A DNA stretch of 43,403 bases from a virus (IMGVR_UViG_3300020181_000004:1-43403); one strand, 5' to 3'; counted from the stretch's first letter, positions 24,940-34,100 are shown. Notes: generated by a model from the sequence alone, not told the origin. Numbers and translations are program-made.

Positions 24940-25412
24940 GCGGGCATCCTATCGAGCGCCACTGCCATAAGTGCGGCGCAGAGCCTGGGCAGCCGTGCAT
25001 GGGGAAACGCGGGCCTCGTGTTGCCCTTCATCGGGGGCGGGGAAGCCGCAGCTCGGTTACGGCAATCACTGCCCATAGGCTCAAGACGGAAAGCCCTCTT
25101 GAGGAGGTGCTAACCGCCAACATTTTAGGCTGGATCGATCATCACGGCGTCGTCGGACTCGATGTGGCCTCGCAAGTGCCGATCGGCCCCTACCGCGCAG
25201 ATATCATGCTGACGGACGGTAAGCGCCGCCTGGTCGTGGAGTGTGACGGCGCCACCTATCATAATAACCCGGCCGCCATTGCGCACGACAAGCGGCGGGA
25301 TCGGTACTTCACCATCCGGGGCATCGCAGTGATGCGGTTCACTGGTGCCGAGATCAGGCGCGACCCTCGTGGATGTGCCGCTGAAGTCGGCATGTGGATT
25401 TTGCGCCCATGA
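24936..25412 (+). CDS. DUF559 (Vsr-like) endonuclease with N-terminal Zn finger
   Basis: CHKCGAEPGQPC; ESPLE; QVPIGPYRAD; VVECDG..H..DKRRDR..VMRFTG. Confidence 0.88.
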   Translation: MSGHPIERHCHKCGAEPGQPCMGKRGPRVALHRGRGSRSSVTAITAHRLKTESPLEEVLTANILGWIDHHGVVGLDVASQVPIGPYRADIMLTDGKRRLVVECDGATYHNNPAAIAHDKRRDRYFTIRGIAVMRFTGAEIRRDPRGCAAEVGMWILRP

Positions 25413-26098
25413 GCATTCGAGTCATGGCCTCTGTCTGGGAGCTGCCTATGGCTCCGACCGATAAGCTGGTGCTTCTCGCGCTGGCCGACTGCGCCAACGA
25501 CGAAGGTCATTGTTGGCCATCAATAGCGACTATCGCCCGCAAGAGCGGTGTCAGCGAACGCAGCGTGCAACGGGCTATCCGCCACGCGGAGATGGTAAAG
25601 CTAATCAAGCGCGACGAGGTGATCGGGAGAGGATGCAATTATCGCTTCCTCCCCAGACAAGCTGTCACCCCCGACAACGTGTCACCGGCGACAAATGAGA
25701 CGCCGACCCCCGACACAGTGTCACCCAAACCATCAGGAACCACCATACCAAAGAAGGACAAGCCTTCTTTGGGTAAGCGCCCGCGCAAGCAAGCGCCGGA
25801 AGTCGAGCTTCCTGATGATTGGCAACCTCAGCCCTTCGGCACTGAGACCCAATGCCGCGCCATTGAGGATGGTTGGCCACCCGGCGAGCGGATCATCCAG
25901 CTTGAGCACTTCAGGGCTCATCACACGCGGAACGGAGACAGGTTCCGAGACTGGCAAGCAGCATGGCGCACCTGGGTTCTAAATTCGAGGAAGTTCAGAA
26001 ATGGCAAGCAACCCGATCATCAGATCCGAACCTCCTACCGCGACCCAATCCTTGGCGATGCGTTTGACGAGCTGCGTTCCGGCATGGGTCAGCACTAG
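25409..26098 (+). CDS. Replication initiator (lambda O-like, N-terminal HTH)
   Basis: KLVLLALADCANDEGHCWPSIATIARKSGVSERSVQRAI; internal iterons; DWQAAWRTW. Confidence 0.88.
   Translation: MSIRVMASVWELPMAPTDKLVLLALADCANDEGHCWPSIATIARKSGVSERSVQRAIRHAEMVKLIKRDEVIGRGCNYRFLPRQAVTPDNVSPATNETPTPDTVSPKPSGTTIPKKDKPSLGKRPRKQAPEVELPDDWQPQPFGTETQCRAIEDGWPPGERIIQLEHFRAHHTRNGDRFRDWQAAWRTWVLNSRKFRNGKQPDHQIRTSYRDPILGDAFDELRSGMGQH
25656..25726. repeat. Iterons, probable replication origin
   Basis: GACA-N3-TGTCACC at 25656, 25673 and 25712, with a degenerate copy at 25690. Confidence 0.8.
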
Positions 26099-26651
26099 CG
26101 ACCTAGACTCCACCAGCTTCCACATGCCTGACGTTCCTGCCGGCTTCGGAGATGCACTGAGAGCCGCGGCAAAGGCTCACCGGGAAGCGCAGGCGCCAGC
26201 GTCCTACGAGGAGCGCCGGGACATCCTGCGCGGACTTCGGCTCAGCACCGTGGCTCGAAATGAAAGCGAGCATGAGGCTCGAGCATCGTTCGAGAAGCTG
26301 ATTGCCGACCTTCAGGACGTACCCGCCGACATCCTGCGGGCCGCCTGTAGCGCCTACGCCAACGAGCCGGGGACGCGATACTTCCCAAGAGGTGCGGGCG
26401 AGCTGCGATCGTTCATCAACCCGCTTGTGGCGAGCCGCGCTCGACGCGCCTGGCGCCTGAACGAAATGGCGAAGGCGTCGGACGAGGTGTTTGACGAGAG
26501 CAAGCGCTGCCGTCCGGAAGACGCCGCCAAGATCATGGAGGAGTTCGGGCTCAAATCCGAAACCCGCGAGATGCTGAAGGCCCACCTCGGCTCACCCCGC
26601 AAGCCCACCGCATCCGATTACGAAGATATCAGAAGGAGCATGGGGAGATGA
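26001..26651 (+). CDS. Replication accessory protein (helicase-loader position)
   Basis: DLQDVPADILRAAC..RYFPR..ELR; follows the initiator; start uncertain. Confidence 0.6.
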   Translation: MASNPIIRSEPPTATQSLAMRLTSCVPAWVSTSDLDSTSFHMPDVPAGFGDALRAAAKAHREAQAPASYEERRDILRGLRLSTVARNESEHEARASFEKLIADLQDVPADILRAACSAYANEPGTRYFPRGAGELRSFINPLVASRARRAWRLNEMAKASDEVFDESKRCRPEDAAKIMEEFGLKSETREMLKAHLGSPRKPTASDYEDIRRSMGR

Positions 26652-26980
26652 ATGCGGTCAAGGCCCTCTCAGACTTGGACAGCCACCTCGCCCAGCTTCG
26701 AGAGGATGTTCGACGCGGAAAGGTTGCGAATACCGCGCTCGGCTGGCTGGAGGAATACGGGGCGCGATCGGCTACGGAGTTCCCCGGATTGGAGGTGGAT
26801 ATTGCCGCGCCATTTGCCACGGCGTGTTCTGGCTACAGCGAGGCGATCCAGTTCCTAGATGCGGCCGGAAAAGAGCTTGGTGATGCCATCGTGGCCCGGG
26901 CCATTGAGAATGCGAAAGCAGCCGTAGCCAAGGCTCTCAGCGCCTCAGCAGCCGTCCCTCAACAACATAATCCCAACTAA
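26648..26980 (+). CDS. Hypothetical protein
   Basis: 110 aa, coupled. Confidence 0.65.
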   Translation: MNAVKALSDLDSHLAQLREDVRRGKVANTALGWLEEYGARSATEFPGLEVDIAAPFATACSGYSEAIQFLDAAGKELGDAIVARAIENAKAAVAKALSASAAVPQQHNPN

Positions 26981-26989
26981 GGAAAGCAC

Positions 26990-27592
26990 ATGGCAAGAGC
27001 GGGCACACTGAAGGCGCTAAACGAAATGGCCGCAGCCATGAAGCGCCGCCGTGAGCAGGAAGAGCGCGAACGTGCTGCGCGTGCCACTGTGCGGGGGGCG
27101 CGGTCTGAGCCGGTTGCCAACGATGTTCTCGTGAACGCCTTTGCTGCGTCTCATGGTGATTACGAACCCGCTGCCCAGACAGGGCCGATGCGCCAGGCGC
27201 TGGTCAATCATGGCGGGACACCGCTTGCACGCTGGAAGAAGGCTGGCCTGCTCTCGGAGCCCCAGCAAGCCGCTATCGATCACTGCATCCGCCTATGGGA
27301 TCTAACGAGCACCAGCTCAGGACTGGTGGCCAATCTCGACCGCACGGTATTCGGGTGCAGCGGCGACGGCAACATTGCCGAGATCGAAGCGCGGTCTGAC
27401 CTGCATCGGATCAAGACAGGCTTTCCGCTGCCCTACTGGAGCGTTTTTGAAAACGTTTGCCGCTTCGATGAGCCTGCCGGCGTAGCTGGATCGAAGCTCG
27501 CTGAGGACGATGTTACCCGCCGAACGATGGCGCGCACGATCGTCTGCATGGTGGCGGACATGATCTACATGAGAGAAAGGCTTTCCTATTAA
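26990..27592 (+). CDS. Putative late activator/antiterminator (Q position)
   Basis: PLARWKKAGLLSEPQQAA; last early-type gene before the late promoter/terminator. Confidence 0.6.
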   Translation: MARAGTLKALNEMAAAMKRRREQEERERAARATVRGARSEPVANDVLVNAFAASHGDYEPAAQTGPMRQALVNHGGTPLARWKKAGLLSEPQQAAIDHCIRLWDLTSTSSGLVANLDRTVFGCSGDGNIAEIEARSDLHRIKTGFPLPYWSVFENVCRFDEPAGVAGSKLAEDDVTRRTMARTIVCMVADMIYMRERLSY

Positions 27593-27852
27593 TGAGGAGA
27601 ATGAAAATGGCCACAGCAATGAAGATAGAAAGGGCACCGTCCATGAAGACATTAGACGACGTAAAGTCGGACATGAGCGAGCTTTATGAGCAGGTAAAAA
27701 ACGGAGAGACTGACTTAAAGCTTGCCGGTGAACTAGCTAATATTACTGGCAAGTATCTCAAGGCAGCTCAGCTTGAGCTGGCGCGAGAGGTTTTTCTTTC
27801 CAATAATCCTGACAACCGCCCGAGGATCGCTAGTGCCGTATCGAGACCCTGA
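27592..27852 (+). CDS. Small helical protein
   Basis: LDDVKSDMSELYEQVKNGETDLKLAGELANITGKYLKAAQLEL; start uncertain. Confidence 0.7.
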   Translation: MRRMKMATAMKIERAPSMKTLDDVKSDMSELYEQVKNGETDLKLAGELANITGKYLKAAQLELAREVFLSNNPDNRPRIASAVSRP

Positions 27853-28510
27853 GCGAAGGCGCCAAGCCCAACGCGCCTATCGGGCGGCGAACCCAGAGAA
27901 GATCGCCGCCCTAGAGGAGTCTCGTCGCGAGAAGAAGCGCGAATACATGCGCAGGTACAATGCAGAAAACCGGGATCTCATTGCTGCGAGGAGGGCATTG
28001 AGGGGCGAGGCAATTCGCGCTCAGCAGCGGATATATCGCACAGAAAACGCTGAGAAAGTGCGCGATATAAAGCGGCGCTGGCGGGAAAATAATCGTGAGC
28101 GCGTGCGGGAATGCGACCGTCTCTGGAAAGCTGAAAACTTGGAGAAGGTGAAAGAGCAACGTCGGCGACACTACTGGTTGCACCGGGACGCCTATTTGGA
28201 AAAGGAGGCGCTCCGACGTGCGGCTGGCTATCAGCGCGAATGGCGTTCAAAAAATCTAGAGAAAGCTCGAGAGTGTGAGCGCGCCAGTCGCACAAGGAAT
28301 AGGAATGGCCGCCTGGCATATGCTAAAAGGTATCATGCCCAGCGCTATCATGAATTCGCTGATCGCAAGCGAGCGAGGGAAATCGCCAGAAAGCTAGCTC
28401 AAGGACTGGGTGTGAAAATTGAGCATGTGCCGCCCCATCTTCTTGAGGCCAAATTGCTTCAGGTGCGAGTTCTGAGAGAGGTGAAGGTAAAATGGAATAG
28501 CCGGGCTTGA
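27833..28510 (+). CDS. Arg/Glu-rich helical repeat protein
   Basis: GTG start MPYRDPE; ~15-aa W/Y-R-x-x-N-x-E-K repeats; C-terminal PPHLLEAK. Confidence 0.7.
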   Translation: MPYRDPERRRQAQRAYRAANPEKIAALEESRREKKREYMRRYNAENRDLIAARRALRGEAIRAQQRIYRTENAEKVRDIKRRWRENNRERVRECDRLWKAENLEKVKEQRRRHYWLHRDAYLEKEALRRAAGYQREWRSKNLEKARECERASRTRNRNGRLAYAKRYHAQRYHEFADRKRAREIARKLAQGLGVKIEHVPPHLLEAKLLQVRVLREVKVKWNSRA

Positions 28511-28535
28511 CGCGCTCAACGTCGGCATGCTATGC
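28507..28535 (+). promoter_or_regulatory. Putative late promoter (pR'-like)
   Basis: TTGACG-N16-GCTATG, resembling alphaproteobacterial sigma70 promoters; followed by a terminator. Confidence 0.55.
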
Positions 28536-28550
28536 GATTGGACCATAAGT

Positions 28551-28590
28551 AAAGATGCGCTTGCGGCTGATCGGCTTGCGGGCGCGTTTT
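28551..28590 (+). terminator. Attenuating terminator (tR'-like)
   Basis: AAGATGCGCTTGCG...TGCGGGCGCGTTTT hairpin with short T run. Confidence 0.55.
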
Positions 28591-28600
28591 GATTCAGAGT

Positions 28601-28730
28601 TTGCGCGGCGGCGTGGATGGACACGCAGGGCGTCGAAAGGCCGGCACGGTTCGCAAGGCCGTTGGTAGCCGGTGTGGAGTTCGATTCTCCCCGCCTCTTG
28701 CATAGCCGGTATCAAGCCCGGCCCGCGCAA
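28601..28730 (+). ncRNA. tRNA-like structured RNA with nested second T arm
   Basis: Closing stem TTGCGCGG/CCGCGCAA; GCGTG/CACGC arm; GCCGG-TATCAAGC-CCGGC arm; inner GGAG-TTCGATT-CTCC; two GNRA loops. Confidence 0.6.
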
Positions 28731-28760
28731 CTACAACTCGCTACAGGGAACCTACAGTTC

Positions 28761-28860
28761 GCGCGGCGGGCTATTCAGCCGGGCAGTGACGGGGATTAGA
28801 AGCCGCTGTGGCTTGGGCCTGATCAGCCTGAAGAGCCAAAGGGACCCTCCCACGCCGCGC
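28761..28860 (+). ncRNA. Second structured RNA with anticodon-like loop
   Basis: Closing stem GCGCGGCG/CGCCGCGC; TTGGGC-CTGATCA-GCCTGA hairpin. Confidence 0.45.
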
Positions 28861-29016
28861 AACACCCATTCAAGCTGGTCGGAAGTCCCCAGCCTGAACC
28901 CGCCACCTCTTCACCCGATGGCCACACAGGCACAGCCCTATCTCCCTGGGGCATCTTTGCACGGCAAGCGCATCGGCAACTGAATGAGTGTGGCGGGACT
29001 AATTCGGAGGAAAGCG

Positions 29017-29088
29017 ATGAACCTCGAGTATATCCTCATCCTCCTGCTGATCGTCCTTGTCGTCCTGGCGATCGTGCGTCGGATCTAG
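29017..29088 (+). CDS. 23-aa hydrophobic peptide (not in ORF track)
   Basis: MNLEYILILLLIVLVVLAIVRRI; GGAGG RBS 6 nt upstream. Confidence 0.7.
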   Translation: MNLEYILILLLIVLVVLAIVRRI

Positions 29089-29091
29089 GTC

Positions 29092-29586
29092 ATGACAGCC
29101 ATTGAAGGCGAGATTGTCCCCGCGGGGTTGCCCGTCCCCGGACCAGGGCGTAATTCCAAGTACCGCCCTGAGTTCAATGAACAGGCTCGCAAGCTTTGTC
29201 TCCTCGGGTACATCGATGAGGAGCTGGCGGACTTTTTCGGGGTGTGCGTTGCCACGCTGAATAACTGGAAGGCGCAGTTTCCCGCTTTTTTAGAGTCCAT
29301 AAACGCGGGCAAGGTCGTCGCGGATGCGGACGTAGCTGATAGCCTACACCGTCGTGCAATCGGCCAGGTCGTTTTCGTCGAGCGCATCCTCAAGAAATCA
29401 GAGGACGATCATGAGATCGTGCGCCTCTCTCAGTTCGTGCCGGGGGATGTAACCGCCCAGCGTTTGTGGCTTCTCAACCGCCGCAAAGGCAACTGGCGCG
29501 ACAAGGTAGAGACTGAACACAGCGGCAACGTCACCGTCAACCGAGTGGAGCGCGTGATTGTCGATCCTGCGCATCCCGACAGCTAG
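29092..29586 (+). CDS. terS: Terminase small subunit
   Basis: GRNSKYRPEFNEQARKLCLLG..ELADFFGV..TLNNWK..WLLNRR..WRDKVETEHSG. Confidence 0.92.
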   Translation: MTAIEGEIVPAGLPVPGPGRNSKYRPEFNEQARKLCLLGYIDEELADFFGVCVATLNNWKAQFPAFLESINAGKVVADADVADSLHRRAIGQVVFVERILKKSEDDHEIVRLSQFVPGDVTAQRLWLLNRRKGNWRDKVETEHSGNVTVNRVERVIVDPAHPDS

Positions 29587-30856
29587 GATATTTCAGCCGC
29601 TTCTGGCGCCGGCTCGCGACAAGGCAGCTCATGGTGGACGCGGATCAGGCAAGTCTCACTTCTTCGCTGGCATGCTCATCGAGGACAGCCTTGCTGAGCC
29701 TGGAGAGGCTGCAGGGGAGGGGCTTAGGTCGGTTTGCATTCGCGAGGTGCAGAAGGATCTGGCCCAATCGTCCAAGGCTCTCATCGAAGCCAAACTGGCG
29801 AGCTTCAACTTAGGTGAGGCGGACGGCTTCAAGGTCTTTCGGGATGTGATTACCACGCCGGGCGATGGAATCATCATCTTCAAGGGAATGCAGGACTACA
29901 CGGCGGATTCGATCAAGTCGCTGGAGAACTTCAAGCGCGCGTGGTGGGAAGAGGCCCAAGGCGCGACGCAGCATTCCATCAATCTCCTGCGACCGACTAT
30001 TCGAGAGGTCGGTGCGCAGCGCTGGTGGAGCTTTAACCCTCGCCGCAAGATTGATCCTGTGGATGTTATGTTTCGGGGCGACGAGAAGCCAACGGGCGCT
30101 GTGGTGGTTCAGGCCAACTGGCGGGACAATCCTTGGTTCACGAGCGAGCTAGAGCAGGAGCGGCAGGATTTCCTACGTACGCAGCCTGATCAATATGAGC
30201 ATGTCTGGGAAGGTGGTTACGTCACCGTCAGCGCGGGTGCCTACTTCGCCAAGGATCTAGCCAAGGCGAGGCTTGATGGCAGGATAGGGCATGTGGCGGC
30301 CGATCCGCTCATGACCATTCGAGCTTATTGGGACATTGGCGGGACCGGTGCAAAGGCTGATGCGACTGCCATCTGGGTTGTCCAGTTCGTCGGCACGCAG
30401 GTTCGGGTGCTGGATTACTATGAGGCTGTAGGTCAGCCGCTTGCCGCGCACCTAAACTGGCTACGATCGAAGGATTATGCAGCGGCTCTTTGCGTCCTTC
30501 CGCATGATGGCGCTGCGCACGACAAGATAGCGCGCACGACCTACGAAGGGGCAATACGAGAAGCGGGGTTCAACGTTCGTGTGGTGCCTAATCAGGGCGC
30601 TGGAGCGGCAATGCAGAGGGTTGAGGCGGCAAGGCGCCTATTCCCTTCGATCCACTTCAACGAGAAGCCCTGCAGCGCCGGCCTGGATGCTCTTGGTTGG
30701 TATCATGAGAAGCGCGACGAGAGCCGCAACATCGGCCTTGGTCCGGAGCATGACTGGTCAAGCCACGGTGCCGATGCATTCGGCCTGATGTGCATGGACT
30801 ACGAGGCTCCCAAGCAAGCCCAGCGCATCGTCTACAGCTCGAAGGGGATAGTGTGA
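29558..30856 (+). CDS. terL: Terminase large subunit (PBSX/SPP1-like)
   Basis: Walker A HGGRGSGKS; Walker B WWEEA; SFNP; RNase H-like YWDIG and HGADAF. Confidence 0.95.
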   Translation: MSILRIPTARIFQPLLAPARDKAAHGGRGSGKSHFFAGMLIEDSLAEPGEAAGEGLRSVCIREVQKDLAQSSKALIEAKLASFNLGEADGFKVFRDVITTPGDGIIIFKGMQDYTADSIKSLENFKRAWWEEAQGATQHSINLLRPTIREVGAQRWWSFNPRRKIDPVDVMFRGDEKPTGAVVVQANWRDNPWFTSELEQERQDFLRTQPDQYEHVWEGGYVTVSAGAYFAKDLAKARLDGRIGHVAADPLMTIRAYWDIGGTGAKADATAIWVVQFVGTQVRVLDYYEAVGQPLAAHLNWLRSKDYAAALCVLPHDGAAHDKIARTTYEGAIREAGFNVRVVPNQGAGAAMQRVEAARRLFPSIHFNEKPCSAGLDALGWYHEKRDESRNIGLGPEHDWSSHGADAFGLMCMDYEAPKQAQRIVYSSKGIV

Positions 30857-31110
30857 TGGCTTACCTCGCTGCGACTTCAAATGAGTACGGCGTGGCTGTC
30901 GGCGTCTTTCGTTGCGATACTTGCGGCGAGGACTTCACTATTTGCCCGAAGCCCGCTGATGTTCAAGCGTGGCCTAACTGCTTGGCCCCTGATTGCGCCA
31001 GCTACGATCAGGAGCGCGACATCGACAAATGGTTCGACGAAGGCAGGGTGCGTAATGTAGGCGGCAGATTGGTTCCCATTCGTGTCATTGAGGGCGGCAA
31101 GGCGCTCTAA
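30856..31110 (+). CDS. Small Cys-rich protein between terL and portal
   Basis: 84 aa; CDTC and CLAPDC; coupled at both ends. Confidence 0.65.
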   Translation: MAYLAATSNEYGVAVGVFRCDTCGEDFTICPKPADVQAWPNCLAPDCASYDQERDIDKWFDEGRVRNVGGRLVPIRVIEGGKAL

Positions 31111-33284
31111 TGGCCACCGTCCTCGACTTCCCCACCTATGAAGTCATTGACGAGCCCGCACCCGCACGTCCTGTATACCCGAATGAGTTCGTCTCTTGGC
31201 TCCAGAATGAGGAAGAGCGGGCCAAGAACAACGAGCTGAACGAAGAGCGCAAGGTTGCCATCAGCTTCTACAATCGCGATCCATTCGGAGATGAGGAAGA
31301 GGGCCGCTCCCAATACGTATCCGGGGACGTTCCCGAAGTCATCGACTACATGGTGCCGTCAGTCCTCAGGACGATGGTCTCGGGTGACAGGGTTGTCGAG
31401 TTCGAGGCGCTGGACAGCGGCTTCAAGGACATTCTGGAGGAAGCTACAGAGGCGGTCTCGCAGCAGTTCATGCAGGAGCAGTCTGGCTGGCGCATCCTTC
31501 ACGACAGCCTGAAGGCAGGGCTGCTTGAGAAGACGGGCGCCATCAAGTCGTTCGTCGAGGAAAAGCGCACCAGGCGGGAAGAGGATGTAACCGCTACGCA
31601 GCTCGCCCAGATGAGCGCTGAGGGCATTGAGATTGTGGAGTCCGAGCCGATCGGACAGTGGGCTGCACTGCCTGAAGAGCAGCGGGCACTGATTGAAGCT
31701 TCGGAAGCCCCCGAAGCGATCGACCAACTAGGCCCGATCTTCCGTGTCGCATGGTTCGAGACATCGCCGCGGTTTGTGGACATCCCGCTTCCCAATGAGG
31801 AGTTCGGCGTCGCTCCGGATGCTAGATCCTTGGATGAAGCGATCTACTACAACCACCGCACCATCAAGACCGTCTCCGATATCAACGCGATGGGCCTCGA
31901 TGGCGATGCTGTTGCGACGCAGGGCGATGCTTACACCGCAACGACGCTTAGCAAGACGCGCGATGGCGTGGTCAGCAATACCGAGGTTGTCCGCGACGGC
32001 CCCAACCGCGCGGTGTGGTTCCTCGAGGAATATTGCCGCTACGACCTGAATGGCGACGGGATTGCGGAGTTCCTACGGGTTCAGCGCGTCGGAACGGCGA
32101 TCCTCAGCGTCGATGAGATAGAATACGGCCCCTGCGAGGAATGGTGCCCGTTCCCGATGCCGCACAGGCGCGTAGGGCATTCTCTCGCAGACAAGACCAT
32201 GGACATTCAAAGGGTCCGTTCGGTTATCTTCCGGCAGACGCTGGACGGCATGTACGGATCGAATGATCCGACGACCTACATCGATGAAAGCGCGATCGGC
32301 GACAACACGCTGGACGATCTTCTCAACCCGACGCTGCGCCGGAAGATCGTTCGCTACAAGGGCACGGCGCCTGTCACGCGCACGAACTACTTCGACCCGA
32401 GCGCTGGCCAGTCGATGCTGGAAATGCTCATTGGCGAGCGTGAAAGCCGCACGGGCATCACCCGCCTCAACCAGGGCCTCGATGCAGACGCGCTGAACAA
32501 GACCGCTACCGGCACGGCCCTGATGCAGGCTCAGGGCCAGCAGATCGAGGAGTACATCGCCCGCAACTTTGCGGAGTTCGTCGGGCGGGTGTTCGAGAAG
32601 AAATACCGCCTGATGCGGGACTATGGAAAGCCGTTCGCCATCATCGTGGACGGACAGCCGCGCACGGTCGATCCCTCCAAGTGGCCGGATGAGATGCGGG
32701 TCATGGTGCGGGTTGGCTTGGGTGCCGGCAACAAGCAGCAGCGCATTGCCAACCGCATGTTGCTGCTGAACCTGCAGAAGGAAGCAGCGCAGAGTGGTGA
32801 TGAGAACATCACTGCCGAGCACATCTTCAACTCGGTGAAGGGCCTTGTTGCGGATCTGCAGCTCGGACAGCCGACTGACTATTATCCGGACCCGGCTACA
32901 CTACCGCCACCGTCTGACGAGCCTGACGTCGATCCTGAGGTTCTGAAGGTACAGGCCGAGGCGCAGCGCAAGCAGCAGGAACTGGAAGCCCGCATCCAAG
33001 AGATGCAGATGAAGCTCCAGATGCAGCAGGCGGAGGCTCAGGCCAAGGCTCAGCGCGCCCAGGAGGAAGCACAGCACAGGGCGCTGCTGGAGCAGGCTAA
33101 GGCGCAGACCAAGGCCTCTCAGGACCAGATGCGTGCAGAGTTCGAAGCGCGTCTTGCCGAGCAGAAGGCACAGCAGGAGTTCGTTCTGGCGCAGATGAAG
33201 CTTCAGATGGAAGCGTTTCTGCGTAGCGGGCAGGGCAACGCGAACCTGCCTGATAATCGACCCGGCGGGAGCCTAGCGGAGTAG
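31110..33284 (+). CDS. Portal protein (P22-like, with C-terminal barrel coiled coil)
   Basis: 724 aa; GRSQYVS.DV; RTGITRLNQG; TATG; Q/E-rich tail. Confidence 0.93.
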   Translation: MATVLDFPTYEVIDEPAPARPVYPNEFVSWLQNEEERAKNNELNEERKVAISFYNRDPFGDEEEGRSQYVSGDVPEVIDYMVPSVLRTMVSGDRVVEFEALDSGFKDILEEATEAVSQQFMQEQSGWRILHDSLKAGLLEKTGAIKSFVEEKRTRREEDVTATQLAQMSAEGIEIVESEPIGQWAALPEEQRALIEASEAPEAIDQLGPIFRVAWFETSPRFVDIPLPNEEFGVAPDARSLDEAIYYNHRTIKTVSDINAMGLDGDAVATQGDAYTATTLSKTRDGVVSNTEVVRDGPNRAVWFLEEYCRYDLNGDGIAEFLRVQRVGTAILSVDEIEYGPCEEWCPFPMPHRRVGHSLADKTMDIQRVRSVIFRQTLDGMYGSNDPTTYIDESAIGDNTLDDLLNPTLRRKIVRYKGTAPVTRTNYFDPSAGQSMLEMLIGERESRTGITRLNQGLDADALNKTATGTALMQAQGQQIEEYIARNFAEFVGRVFEKKYRLMRDYGKPFAIIVDGQPRTVDPSKWPDEMRVMVRVGLGAGNKQQRIANRMLLLNLQKEAAQSGDENITAEHIFNSVKGLVADLQLGQPTDYYPDPATLPPPSDEPDVDPEVLKVQAEAQRKQQELEARIQEMQMKLQMQQAEAQAKAQRAQEEAQHRALLEQAKAQTKASQDQMRAEFEARLAEQKAQQEFVLAQMKLQMEAFLRSGQGNANLPDNRPGGSLAE

Positions 33285-33286
33285 CC

Positions 33287-33472
33287 ATGCCGATATATGT
33301 CATCGCCAAGGCCAAGCTGCGCTCATGGGACATGGAGGACGACGAGCCTTTTCGTCCGCATCTGGACGTAGATGGGCACGAACCCTGCGACACTGGCCTG
33401 ATCTGCGTGACTGGCGAGCCGATCATGCGCCTGCCGAATCCTATTGGCTTTGGACGGGATGATGAGTGGTGA
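33287..33472 (+). CDS. Small hypothetical protein
   Basis: 61 aa; DTGL..TGEPIMR.PNPIGF. Confidence 0.65.
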   Translation: MPIYVIAKAKLRSWDMEDDEPFRPHLDVDGHEPCDTGLICVTGEPIMRLPNPIGFGRDDEW

Positions 33473-33789
33473 GCGACAACACCCTTCTCGCCCGCGTCAA
33501 TCGTGCCGGTGAGGCCGAAAGCGCCCTCAAGCAGCTCGATCCAGCCTTCGAGGCAGTAATCTCGCTCTACATGAAGCGGATGACGGAGATCGCCTCCAAG
33601 GAGCCTTGGGAAGGGCGGAAGATCACCAGCCTCGCAGTGGCGGCGAAGATCGCCGAGGAAGTGCGCGACTTCATCAAGGCGATTGCGCTGGACGGCCCTG
33701 TTGCCATGGATGAACTGAAGCGCCTGAGGAAGATCGAGGCGATGACGCCGGAGCGCCGGAAGGTGCTTGGGATCAGCCTGCCTAGTTAG
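33469..33789 (+). CDS. Head-module helical protein
   Basis: 106 aa between portal and scaffold. Confidence 0.7.
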   Translation: MSDNTLLARVNRAGEAESALKQLDPAFEAVISLYMKRMTEIASKEPWEGRKITSLAVAAKIAEEVRDFIKAIALDGPVAMDELKRLRKIEAMTPERRKVLGISLPS

Positions 33790-34014
33790 TTAGGCTTGGC
33801 ACAAGTGGTCGAGCGTGGCTTGGACGTAGAGTTGATATTCTAGAGGGTCTGAGGGTGCTGGCCGCGAGGGCACTACAAGATACTTCTCAGAGGGAAACTT
33901 GGAGTCCCATTGGTCCATCATCTCGTTGGTTGGCTCCGGGACAATAATTAATCGACGCCCCCTGAGCCTCTCTTCCCAGCGCTGCTCATATTCGTCGTTT
34001 AGTGCTGTGCTCAT
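33790..34014 (-). CDS. Antisense moron, hypothetical
   Basis: 74 aa filling the gap before the scaffold gene; visibly lower GC. Confidence 0.5.
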   Translation of the reverse strand: MSTALNDEYEQRWEERLRGRRLIIVPEPTNEMMDQWDSKFPSEKYLVVPSRPAPSDPLEYQLYVQATLDHLCQA

Positions 34015-34077
34015 GCTGCCGAACATACCATTCTCGGCCTTGAGAGCCAACAACATTCCCGCCTGAGCGGGTCACGC

Positions 34078-34100
34078 AGCCGCCTCTGAGCGGCTTTTTT
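34078..34100 (+). terminator. Rho-independent terminator
   Basis: AGCCGC-CTCTGA-GCGGCT-TTTTT. Confidence 0.7.

Noticed and set aside
28819-28845. Hammerhead ribozyme (CTGAAGA)
   Set aside because: No stem II followed by GAAA, and no suitable cleavage-site stem.
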